Program-made: the position numbers and the translations under genes
Shown here: piece after piece, positions 25,770 through 34,660 of the stretch
Position numbering within the stretch: the first letter of the stretch is position 1
Layout of the letters: every line of letters starts with the position of its first letter
Notes under the pieces: generated by a model
The model's input: only the letters and a program-made list of their open reading frames with translations
The model's database searches: none
Told to the model about the DNA's origin: nothing
IMG/VR virus record: IMGVR_UViG_3300025353_000004
Coordinates: 1-52,116 of that record
Source: a virus
Lineage: Duplodnaviria > Caudoviricetes
Length of the DNA: 52,116 nucleotides
Direction: 5' to 3' (one strand)

Positions 25770-26570
25770 GTGACATTCTACGAATGCCTCACAGCCGCCA
25801 TTAATGAATTTATTATTTATGGCTTCGATAGCCAAGATAGACTCGATTATTGGGTAAAAGAGCTTAGAAAAACGGCTGTAAAATCATTAGTTACGCCGCA
25901 AAAGCTCCAAAATGAGCTTGAACGTGCTTTAAAAGGCGCTTTTGATCGTTTAGTAACAAAGGGCGGGTTAGTCAATAAAGACGTAACAAGATTTACTGTA
26001 GCCCGATTAACACCAAAAATGCGCGCTGAATTGGATCGCCGCATCTTAGCTTCGGTTAATCTTATCAAGTTTAACCGCGAAGAATCTATCAGTAATATGT
26101 TGCGCCGCTTCTCTGGATGGGCAACTTCAATTCCTATTGGCGGAAGCAAAGTAGTTGATAAAAAAGAAGAAAAAAAGCAAATTAAAAAAGAATTAGGGAT
26201 GCTTCCGTTTAAAGAACGGCGCGTGATTATTGACCAAACCCACAAGTTAATTGCTAATATTAACGAAATCGTAGCGTTAGATAATGGCGCAATTGCCGCA
26301 AAATGGCATAGTAATTGGAAACAAGCGGGTTATAACTATCGCGAAGATCATAAAGAGTTAGATGAGAATATTTATTTAATTCAAAATAATTGGGCGCAAA
26401 AAGATGGTTATGTAAAGCCAAAAGATGGATATACTAGCAATGTAGTCGCGCCCGGGGAAGAGGTATATTGTCGGTGTCGCTATAAGTACCTTTATCGAGT
26501 TAGTCAATTGCCCGATGAAATGATAACGGCAAAAGGTAAAGAGGCTTTACAAACTAAGAAAATCTACTGA
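25770..26570 (+). CDS. Head morphogenesis protein (Mu gpF-like)
   Basis: IIDQTHKL, REDH and PGEEVYCRC motifs. Confidence 0.8.
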   Translation: MTFYECLTAAINEFIIYGFDSQDRLDYWVKELRKTAVKSLVTPQKLQNELERALKGAFDRLVTKGGLVNKDVTRFTVARLTPKMRAELDRRILASVNLIKFNREESISNMLRRFSGWATSIPIGGSKVVDKKEEKKQIKKELGMLPFKERRVIIDQTHKLIANINEIVALDNGAIAAKWHSNWKQAGYNYREDHKELDENIYLIQNNWAQKDGYVKPKDGYTSNVVAPGEEVYCRCRYKYLYRVSQLPDEMITAKGKEALQTKKIY

Positions 26571-26575
26571 TAAAA

Positions 26576-27136
26576 ATGGCTTTTTTTACATACGCCCATC
26601 AAACTGCCGATACAGGCAAAATTTTCTATATAGGTAAAGGATCTCGAAAAGATCGACAAATCGCTAAAACAGGACGTAATAAACATTGGCATAACATTGT
26701 AAAAAAACACGGATTTATAGCTGAAATATTAGCTTATTGGAATACTGAACAAGAAGCTTTTGACCACGAAAAACTTTTAATAACGAGTTTTCGAGATATG
26801 GGATATAGCTTGGCAAATTATACTAACGGAGGAGAAGGGTCTTCGGGAATTAAAATTACAGAAGAAACGCGAATAAAATTACGAAACCGCCCGTATAAAA
26901 AAGAAACTTACGAAAAAGTAGCAAAAGCTTTATGTAAAAAAGTAATCTGTGTAGAATTAGGCAAAGAATTTAATAGCGGTCTAGATGCGGTAAAATGGCT
27001 AAAACAAAATGGACACCCTAAAGCAACATCAGGGGCAATTTCTGTCGGAATACGAAAAGATAAAGTTCGTTATGGGTATAGGTGGAAATTTAGCCAAAAA
27101 GAAGTAAATAGCGTTAAAATCGAGAAAATTTACTAG
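26576..27136 (+). CDS. GIY-YIG-like homing endonuclease (NUMOD1-like C-terminus)
   Basis: FTYAH...FYIGKG, NYTNGGEG, KKVIC...EFNS and YGYRWKF motifs. Confidence 0.8.
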   Translation: MAFFTYAHQTADTGKIFYIGKGSRKDRQIAKTGRNKHWHNIVKKHGFIAEILAYWNTEQEAFDHEKLLITSFRDMGYSLANYTNGGEGSSGIKITEETRIKLRNRPYKKETYEKVAKALCKKVICVELGKEFNSGLDAVKWLKQNGHPKATSGAISVGIRKDKVRYGYRWKFSQKEVNSVKIEKIY

Positions 27137-27146
27137 GGTTTAACCT

Positions 27147-28523
27147 ATGCCAGCAACAAGTCCTGCACAAGAACGCTTAATGCAAGCCGCCGCCCATACG
27201 CCGGGCGGATATGGTGGCGTTCCTCAAGCTGTAGGAAAAGAATTTACTAAAGATGATTCCGAAGCCGAGAATTTAGAATGGCTTGACGAACTGCTATTAA
27301 AAGAAATGGAAGTTAAGTTGTTAAAAGGCGATGAAGCCCCACAGCTATTAACTCCTGAAGCTCATATTGATTTAAGCCATGAGCTACAAAAACTTCAAGT
27401 TAAAGATATTGGGGATAAACTTCGCCAAATTGCCCAGCACATTAACGGCATAAAATCTGACGAAATAATTGTAAAGCTTGGGAACGAGGAAGATAAAGTT
27501 CCTGAAAATGATTGTAAAGAAGATTCCGTAGAAACTGTACCTGAAGAACCTTCTATCGTTGAGCCTGTAGCCAACGATGCTGGCGCGCAGGGGCGTTGCG
27601 CGGGTATTATGTTTGTCACTAAAGATGAAGAAATATTGCTAATTCGCCGTGGTAATGGCGGGGACTATCCACAAACATGGGCAGTACCCGGCGGACACCA
27701 AAACGAAAAAGATGCAGACCTTGAAAGCGCCGCTAGGCGCGAGTGCAAGGAAGAAACAGGTTTAGAGTATGAAGGCAAATTAGAAGTTTTATTTGATGAT
27801 GGGCAGTTTTGTACTTATATCGCGCGTGACGTAGATAAAGGCAATGTGACTTTAAATTACGAGTCTACTGGCTATGATTGGTGCAATATTAATACCCCAC
27901 CAACACCATTACACCCCGGTATGGAAATAGCTTTTAAAGTAGCAAAAGCCAAAACGGAAACAGATATCGCCCAATTAATTAGTGAAGGCATATTGGCTAG
28001 TCCGCAAATGTACGCCAATATTGGCTTATTTGCCATCCGTATTACAGGCACAGGTTTAGCCTTCCGATCCAGCATTGGCGAACACGTTTGGCGTGACCCT
28101 TCTCTTTATTTAAATGATGAGTTTTTAAAGCGTTGCAATGGGCTAATGGTCATTATGGATCACCCCGAAACGCAAGTATTAACCCCCGAAGAATTTAAAC
28201 TTCGTGCTGTAGGTAGCGTTATGTTGCCTTACATTAAGGGCGATGAAGTATGGGGAATTGCCAAGATTTACGATCAAGAAGCAATAACTGAAATTTGTGA
28301 AGGCGAGATTTCGACTTCCCCAGCAGTCGTGTTTGACAATACTGCTGGAAACATTACACTTACTACTGAGAATGGCGAGCCACTCTTGATAGAAGGTGTG
28401 CCATTTCTGCTGGATCACATAGCAATCGTAACGAAAGCTAGGGGTTCAAAAGGAGTCTGGGACAAAGGTGGCGATGCTACTGGAGTTTTATTAACTAACA
28501 ATGAGGTGTCTGAAAATGACTGA
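27147..28523 (+). CDS. Prohead-protease-like protein (DUF2213-like) with internal NUDIX hydrolase
   Basis: Nudix box GGHQNE...ARRECKEETGL; C-terminal RITGTG, DHP, STSP and DHIAIV motifs. Confidence 0.75.
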   Translation: MPATSPAQERLMQAAAHTPGGYGGVPQAVGKEFTKDDSEAENLEWLDELLLKEMEVKLLKGDEAPQLLTPEAHIDLSHELQKLQVKDIGDKLRQIAQHINGIKSDEIIVKLGNEEDKVPENDCKEDSVETVPEEPSIVEPVANDAGAQGRCAGIMFVTKDEEILLIRRGNGGDYPQTWAVPGGHQNEKDADLESAARRECKEETGLEYEGKLEVLFDDGQFCTYIARDVDKGNVTLNYESTGYDWCNINTPPTPLHPGMEIAFKVAKAKTETDIAQLISEGILASPQMYANIGLFAIRITGTGLAFRSSIGEHVWRDPSLYLNDEFLKRCNGLMVIMDHPETQVLTPEEFKLRAVGSVMLPYIKGDEVWGIAKIYDQEAITEICEGEISTSPAVVFDNTAGNITLTTENGEPLLIEGVPFLLDHIAIVTKARGSKGVWDKGGDATGVLLTNNEVSEND

Positions 28524-29328
28524 AAATAAGATTGAGCCAAAGGCAGATGCCCAAGGCGATAAATTGGATGCCATTATGTCTTTATTGGGTCAAGTAATTA
28601 CCCGTCAAGATGAAATGGAAAAGAACCTTCCTGCTCCACCGTTGGTTTCTGCTGCTGATAAAAAAGCAAAGAAAGACGACGATGCCAAGAAGGATGACGA
28701 TGATGAAGAAGAAGAAGCCATGAAAAAGGATGATGACGATATGTCTGAAGCCAAGGCTAAGAAATTCATGATGCGTAAAGCTAAGAAGGATGCAGAGCAC
28801 TCTGATCCTAAAGAGCATGACGAAGGTGAAATTAAGCCTGATGATGAAGGCGAAGTTGAACATCCGGGTCACATGGAGTTCAAAAAAGATGATGATGAAG
28901 AAGAAGCTAAAAAAGCTGATGAAGATGAAGCTGTAATGGCTGATTGTCAAGCTAAAGCTGATTCTGTTTACTCTGCTTTTGGCAAATCTGCTTCACGCCC
29001 ATTATCTGGTGAAAGCTTAACTGCTTATCGCAAGCGTATGGTTCGTGGTTTGCAAGCCCATAGTGACGAAATGAAGAACGTAAATATCAATGCTATCAAA
29101 GACGAAGCTATGCTTGCAGTCGTTGAAAAGCGTGTTTATGCTGACGCTATCGCCGCTTCCCGTGGCACAGGTGCAATTGCAAAAGGTCAATTGATCGAAT
29201 TGCACAAAAAAGACCGCGCTGGTCGTACCATCACAGAGTTCCGTGGTGATATGGAAGCATGGTTAGGTGATTTCAAACTCCCAGCATATCGGGTTATGAA
29301 GTTTAATACTGAAAACTTTAAGCGCTAA
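28516..29328 (+). CDS. Capsid scaffold-like protein
   Basis: Highly charged KKDDD repeats; lies between the protease and capsid genes. Confidence 0.65.
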   Translation: MTENKIEPKADAQGDKLDAIMSLLGQVITRQDEMEKNLPAPPLVSAADKKAKKDDDAKKDDDDEEEEAMKKDDDDMSEAKAKKFMMRKAKKDAEHSDPKEHDEGEIKPDDEGEVEHPGHMEFKKDDDEEEAKKADEDEAVMADCQAKADSVYSAFGKSASRPLSGESLTAYRKRMVRGLQAHSDEMKNVNINAIKDEAMLAVVEKRVYADAIAASRGTGAIAKGQLIELHKKDRAGRTITEFRGDMEAWLGDFKLPAYRVMKFNTENFKR

Positions 29329-29337
29329 GGATAAGCC

Positions 29338-29997
29338 ATGACCGCACAAATTTCTCTCCAACCAATGGTGACAACCAATGCCGCTGGCTTATTTAACGTA
29401 AACAGCGCAGGTTTTACTCAAGGCGATGCACAAGACGATCCAGCAGTTAAGTTTGCTCTTGCTGGTGGTGTTCTCTCAACTTCGGCTACTACTCCTTTAT
29501 GGGGTGGCGTTCCAATTGCTGAAACAATTCCTACAGCACAAACTGGTTTTTACGCTGGCGATACACAGCCCGGTACAGACACATTAGGTTCTACTCTGAT
29601 CCAAGCAACTGCTTCTATTGCTCCAACAGGTATTTCCGTGTTTAACCAAGCTTTCCAAGGTATTACAACTCCACAAAGTACTGCTCCTTTGTATTCACCC
29701 GGCATGAGCGCAAACTTCTATCGTTTCGGTAGTGGCGCACGAATTCCATTGCCTTGTGATGCTTCAGTAGTCGCTTTGGCAGGTTCTTCAATTGTTGAAA
29801 CTGTTTATTGGGATGTAGTAAATTTCCGTTTAACAACAACCTCTACAAGCAACTTTGCTGTTCCTTGCAAAATCTTGCGTATCAGTACATCTGGTAACAA
29901 GATCGTAAGCTATAGTTCTGTTACTGGTAACGCTAACTGGTCTAATACCATTGTTGGTGGTTCTACTTCTGCTCCTGTAGCAGTAGTTCAAATCTAA
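29338..29997 (+). CDS. Capsid decoration/cement protein
   Basis: Beta-rich 219 aa directly before the major capsid gene. Confidence 0.55.
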   Translation: MTAQISLQPMVTTNAAGLFNVNSAGFTQGDAQDDPAVKFALAGGVLSTSATTPLWGGVPIAETIPTAQTGFYAGDTQPGTDTLGSTLIQATASIAPTGISVFNQAFQGITTPQSTAPLYSPGMSANFYRFGSGARIPLPCDASVVALAGSSIVETVYWDVVNFRLTTTSTSNFAVPCKILRISTSGNKIVSYSSVTGNANWSNTIVGGSTSAPVAVVQI

Positions 29998-30012
29998 GAA
30001 AGGAACTAGATC

Positions 30013-31038
30013 ATGTCAGGTTTTGCACCTTCGTATGTAACAGTAAATCCGCATCACATGATGCCTGAGCTAATTATGCAATATAGCTTGGCTTCTGGCG
30101 CTTTTACAACTCTGGCAACAGAGAATCCTATGCCTCGCCTCGGTGAAGCTGACCTTTATGTTTATGCTAAAAAAGTTCAGTTGACAACTCAAGTATCAGC
30201 TAATCAATCAACGGCTAACCAGTTGCCTAGTGCATCTGTTATCCCTTCGATGATTAGTACTGCTACTTATCGTCTACAAACCCGCGCGCAATATGACAAC
30301 TTCGATGAAGCGGCTACTGGTGCTTGGGGTTATGCCCTACCAGAAGCTCTCCGTTTAGCGGCTCGTCAAGGTATCGCTCAACAGTTGCGTAATGCACTTC
30401 TCTATGGCTATAACCCAGCCAATGGCGAAGGCTTGCTCAATACTGCTGGCGCTACACGCGTGAACTTAGGCGCAGATAGCAACGGTAATACTGGCTATAG
30501 CACATGGGATTCTGGTCAATTGGCTCAGTTCTTGTTGAACATGATTGGTAACCTAAAAACTACCACTCTGCAAATTGGTCAACCATTGCGTTTAGTTTTC
30601 CTAGCTCCACAACGCTTCATTCAACAAATCTCTTACGGCGGCATCGTGTCATTGACACAATTCCAACGTATCGGCGCTGGTGTAGAAACCGCCGCTGGAT
30701 TAGTTGAAACTGTAGCTTCTTGGGCTGGTGGCGATGATGTTTCCTTCGCGGCTGACGATACTCTCGTTGGTCAAGGCTACGGCGGTACTGATGCAATCAT
30801 CTTGGTTGCTCCAGAACTGAAAATCCCACGCGCTAATGCACAAATCAACACCAACGTATTTGCTACTTTGACGCCAAATCAGACAGCTACAACGCTAATG
30901 CTTTGTGACGTAGCCGCACCAACTGAAATTCCTACACCGCTTGCTGATGGAGGAATCACGACTTTGTATACTATGCGCTCAACAAGCGGATGGGGTATTC
31001 GTCCAGAAGGTATGACTATTTTGTCTGCCGCTTATTAA
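30013..31038 (+). CDS. Major capsid protein
   Basis: 341 aa; LLYG...GEGLLN HK97-type motif; strong RBS; followed by a terminator. Confidence 0.8.
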   Translation: MSGFAPSYVTVNPHHMMPELIMQYSLASGAFTTLATENPMPRLGEADLYVYAKKVQLTTQVSANQSTANQLPSASVIPSMISTATYRLQTRAQYDNFDEAATGAWGYALPEALRLAARQGIAQQLRNALLYGYNPANGEGLLNTAGATRVNLGADSNGNTGYSTWDSGQLAQFLLNMIGNLKTTTLQIGQPLRLVFLAPQRFIQQISYGGIVSLTQFQRIGAGVETAAGLVETVASWAGGDDVSFAADDTLVGQGYGGTDAIILVAPELKIPRANAQINTNVFATLTPNQTATTLMLCDVAAPTEIPTPLADGGITTLYTMRSTSGWGIRPEGMTILSAAY

Positions 31039-31055
31039 AATCTCGTGGGGATTTT

Positions 31056-31079
31056 GACCGCCCTTCGGGGTGGTTTTTT
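31056..31079 (+). terminator. Intrinsic terminator
   Basis: GACCGCCC-UUCG-GGGUGGUU plus U-tract. Confidence 0.85.
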
Positions 31080-31091
31080 ACAGTTTTAAGA

Positions 31092-31163
31092 AACCAAGTG
31101 ATGCTGGTTACTTTCTTTATGGGGGGTTGGAGGTCTAAAAAACCTCGCATCATCAATCCCCCA
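31092..31163 (+). ncRNA. Structured RNA with AGUGAUGC loop and complementary GCAUCAU bulge
   Basis: AACCA/UGGUU hairpin, then a 10-bp stem and GAGGU/ACCUC hairpin exposing GCAUCAU (31147..31153). Confidence 0.55.
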
Positions 31164-31182
31164 CCCATCTAGGGGAAATATC

Positions 31183-31692
31183 ATGGAATTATTTATTGCA
31201 AACTGCTCTAAGCAAGATTTTTTGTTTACTTATATGTTGCCAGAGAATCAAAGACCTTTTTCTCATAAAATCAGGGCTGGAGCGCAAATGCGTTTGGTTC
31301 AAACCCAAGTAGAAGCTGACGTTATTATTAAACAGCACCTTCCTTACGGCTTAATGGAAGCAACTCACGTCAAAAAAGGCTTTGGTGGGCTTTGCTATCG
31401 TTTTAGCAAGCCAATTAGCGTAGAAGCTATTGAAGCGGGTATTGGGCAATCGGATCAAGAAAATATTGACCGCGCCCAAGAAGCTAGAAGCATTACAGCG
31501 GCGGCTCAAGATCAGATCATTTCGCTCAAAGCCCAAGAAATGGGTATTAAGCAAAAAGGCGGTATTGAGTTTGAAGTAACTGAAGATAAAAAGAACGCCG
31601 CGGATCAAGAAGTAAAGTTTGACCAAAGAATTGAGGTCATACATGAAGGCGAAGGACAAAAAGGTCGTGGTAGACCAAGAAAGTCGGTATAA
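31183..31692 (+). CDS. Hypothetical head-module protein with C-terminal GRGRPRK
   Basis: AGGGG RBS; AT-hook-like C-terminus. Confidence 0.7.
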   Translation: MELFIANCSKQDFLFTYMLPENQRPFSHKIRAGAQMRLVQTQVEADVIIKQHLPYGLMEATHVKKGFGGLCYRFSKPISVEAIEAGIGQSDQENIDRAQEARSITAAAQDQIISLKAQEMGIKQKGGIEFEVTEDKKNAADQEVKFDQRIEVIHEGEGQKGRGRPRKSV

Positions 31693-31695
31693 AAG

Positions 31696-31716
31696 AACTC
31701 CCTTCGGGGAGTTTTT
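31696..31716 (+). terminator. Intrinsic terminator
   Basis: AACUCCC-UUCG-GGGAGUU plus UUU. Confidence 0.8.
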
Positions 31717-31752
31717 GATTTAGAATGTAAAAAATATTTCTAGGATAGTTCT

Positions 31753-32211
31753 ATGGCTGATCCAATCGTAAGTCCCCCTTCTTTAACAGGATTTATCGCG
31801 TGGGCGCAAGCCGTTATGGGGATACCCACAACTGCTATGTCCCCTGATGATCCGGGCTGGAACTATGCCTATGTAATCGCTAAAGACATTGTTCCGACTG
31901 ATTTTGCTAATACAGTAAAGGACATTTACACTTTAACAGTCTATAACTGGGGCGGTAGCCAATTATTGCAATTTCAGCAAGATTATTCCGGTCAAACCTA
32001 TTTCACCACATTACGCAATCAATTTGGCATTAATAACTTTGTAGCTGGCGTCATAAATGCCGCTGGCGATGTAAGCACCCATGAAGCACTCTCTATAGGA
32101 CACGGATTGCGCGACTTGAGCCTCTTAGACCTCCAGCGCATTAAAGACCCTTACGGGCGCGTAGCGCTATCCTATATGCAACAACTTGGCACTCTTTGGG
32201 GGCTAACTTAA
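31753..32211 (+). CDS. Head-tail adaptor (DUF4054-like)
   Basis: Synteny; C-terminal DPYGR..L motif. Confidence 0.6.
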   Translation: MADPIVSPPSLTGFIAWAQAVMGIPTTAMSPDDPGWNYAYVIAKDIVPTDFANTVKDIYTLTVYNWGGSQLLQFQQDYSGQTYFTTLRNQFGINNFVAGVINAAGDVSTHEALSIGHGLRDLSLLDLQRIKDPYGRVALSYMQQLGTLWGLT

Positions 32212-32723
32212 TGAGTTTAAAATTAGGTCTAGGCGTAATAGATGTTCCAGAACCTTATGGTGACCCTCCAAAATCCACTTATGAAGTAGGTATGGACTTG
32301 GAAAAACGCTACGGCATATTTACAATGTTTTATAACTTCCGTGAAAAAGAAATATCCGAATTAATAGCTAAAGATGCCGCAATTGGCTTAGAAATGATGC
32401 TAAAAGGTGAATCGGTTGATATAGCAAGTGTATTCGCCGTAAGTTCCGAAGAAATTACCGACAAAATGCACGACTTTATTACCCAGCGCGAAGTAGAAAA
32501 CATTGCCTCCACATACGGAGAACAAGGTATCCCTACTCAAGCCGCTAGAGATGGTAAGAGTTTTAGATTTGATAAAGGGTTTACAGCTAAACGTCAAGTT
32601 AAGGGTTTAAAAGGTACAGGCACAGCATTTACTAAACGTAACCAAAAACGCGAAGCTGTTGCGCGCCCATCATTTATGTATTCTGGCGTATTTGAAGCTT
32701 CTTTAAAAGCGGAGATTAAATAA
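32211..32723 (+). CDS. Neck/tail-completion protein
   Basis: Synteny; C-terminal RPSFMYSG..EASL motif. Confidence 0.5.
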   Translation: MSLKLGLGVIDVPEPYGDPPKSTYEVGMDLEKRYGIFTMFYNFREKEISELIAKDAAIGLEMMLKGESVDIASVFAVSSEEITDKMHDFITQREVENIASTYGEQGIPTQAARDGKSFRFDKGFTAKRQVKGLKGTGTAFTKRNQKREAVARPSFMYSGVFEASLKAEIK

Positions 32724-33724
32724 TGGCATCAGCCGTAGAAGCCGCAACAGCAAAACCGCAATTAGGGTCTGGATTAGCGCAAGGCGTAGAAACGCTTTCG
32801 GGTAATGAACAAGTAACCTTTACGCTCTATGTTAAATTGGTTTTGCCTTTAGACGGATACGTATTTTGGGTAAATGCTAGTCTTTTGACTGATTCTGCCC
32901 TTTATAACGCATCGCAATACAACAAATTACTTTATAACAATTACCCTGAAGGCGTACCTGCAAGACAATTAGTAGCTAGTGGCTCATTCCATTTTAGTAG
33001 TGATGTTCAAATGTTGGAAGATCGTCAAACTGTGTTTAACCACACTACTTTTACTTCTTTGGTAGAAATAGCCGATTTCAACTTAATTAACCCTCAGTTT
33101 CAATATATAGCAACTTATCAAGGGATGCGATTTGCCTTTAATACTAGGGCAAACTTCTACAAACAAGCCGATTTATACCATTATCGTGGCGATGCGCTGT
33201 ATTCAGTAATGACTACTCAAATCATTGATTCAATGACAGGATTTGATACAACTAGTGTAATTGTGTCCAATAGCCTACCTATTTGGCTTGCTTTGAACCA
33301 ATTTTTCCCTATGTATCCATCTTATTTGGTAGATCAAAACATTGTTCCACCTTATGCGGCTGTCGATATTAATCCAAGCCTAACTACTGCATTGCAAGAT
33401 TTTCCTTTATTAGACCCAGATTCAAACCCTTTTCAATTAATTAAAGATACTGTCAAAATCACTATGTATGGGATTCGTAACCATGAAGCCCTTAATTTTG
33501 TGCAATATATCCTTGATTACAGCCGAAATACTGACAATATTGGTTTAATGAATATGCCAGTAATGCAAGATGAAAAAATGACTCAATCTGAACTTGGAAT
33601 TATGGCTCAAAAGAAAGTCATTACTTTTGAAGTAAGTTATTACCAAAGTACAGTAAATGACATTGCAAGACAATTAATTGAACACGCATTTATTTCTCTG
33701 ACAGCGGGTACTATTCCAAGTTAA
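32723..33724 (+). CDS. Head-closure/tail-terminator-like structural protein
   Basis: Position between neck and sheath genes only. Confidence 0.45.
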   Translation: MASAVEAATAKPQLGSGLAQGVETLSGNEQVTFTLYVKLVLPLDGYVFWVNASLLTDSALYNASQYNKLLYNNYPEGVPARQLVASGSFHFSSDVQMLEDRQTVFNHTTFTSLVEIADFNLINPQFQYIATYQGMRFAFNTRANFYKQADLYHYRGDALYSVMTTQIIDSMTGFDTTSVIVSNSLPIWLALNQFFPMYPSYLVDQNIVPPYAAVDINPSLTTALQDFPLLDPDSNPFQLIKDTVKITMYGIRNHEALNFVQYILDYSRNTDNIGLMNMPVMQDEKMTQSELGIMAQKKVITFEVSYYQSTVNDIARQLIEHAFISLTAGTIPS

Positions 33725-33778
33725 AATTAAGTAGTAAGATGTGTTATCTCAACCTAAGTGTATAAAAAGGAGTTACAA

Positions 33779-34093
33779 ATGGCAATCGTTACCAACCCAA
33801 CAGTTCAAAATGGTGCTTTATTAACAGCCCAAGGACAAAAAACATTTTTTAATATTACCGCCGCAACTTTAGTAAAAGCTGGCGCTGGTCGTGTAGCAAA
33901 AGTTAGCGTTGTTGTAGCTGGTTCTGGCGCAGGATCAATTAACGATGCAGCTACTATCGGAACTGCCGCCGCCGCAAATGAAATTGCTGTAATTCCTGCA
34001 ACTGTAGGCATTATTAATATTGATTTTCCAGTTTCTAACGGAATTGTTTTAACTCCCGGTACTGGTCAAACTTTAGCAATCAGCTACATCTAA
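33779..34093 (+). CDS. Small beta-rich virion protein
   Basis: AAGGAG RBS; Ala/Gly/Thr/Val-rich. Confidence 0.55.
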   Translation: MAIVTNPTVQNGALLTAQGQKTFFNITAATLVKAGAGRVAKVSVVVAGSGAGSINDAATIGTAAAANEIAVIPATVGIINIDFPVSNGIVLTPGTGQTLAISYI

Positions 34094-34099
34094 TTAGTC

Positions 34100-34660
34100 A
34101 TGTTGCGTTTTTACACCTATTCTCATCAAACTGCCGATACTGGAAAAATTTTCTATATTGGTAAAGGTGCTGAAGGTAATACAACTCAACGCTATAAATC
34201 TGCTGGTCATCGTAATGCCCATTGGCACAATATTGTCAATAGACATGGATTTAATGCAGAAATATTAGCGTACTGGGATACCGAGGAAGAAGCGCACGAC
34301 CATGAAAGACTGCTAATTTCTTGCTTTAAAGATATGGGCTATAAGTTAGCCAATAAAACTGATGGTGGAGAAGGAACAGTCGGACATAAACAATCCAATG
34401 AATTGAAAGCATGGCGTTCCCAAAAAATGATGGGAAATCAACTTGCTAAAGGTAAACAACCTAGATTAGGCATAAAACATAGCGAAGCAACTAAGCAAAA
34501 AATTTCTTTATCCAAAAAAGGTACAGTTTCTTGGGCTAAAGGAATTAAAATGAGCGAGGAAACTAAGGCTAAAATTTCAGCGTCTAAAAAAGGTACACCT
34601 TCAATTTTTAAAGGCGTTCCGAATTCTGAAAGGAAACAAAATGAAGGACACATTAAATGA
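34100..34660 (+). CDS. GIY-YIG-like homing endonuclease with NUMOD3 repeats
   Basis: FYTYSH...FYIGKG, NKTDGGEG, HSEATKQKIS and MSEETKAKIS motifs. Confidence 0.85.
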   Translation: MLRFYTYSHQTADTGKIFYIGKGAEGNTTQRYKSAGHRNAHWHNIVNRHGFNAEILAYWDTEEEAHDHERLLISCFKDMGYKLANKTDGGEGTVGHKQSNELKAWRSQKMMGNQLAKGKQPRLGIKHSEATKQKISLSKKGTVSWAKGIKMSEETKAKISASKKGTPSIFKGVPNSERKQNEGHIK

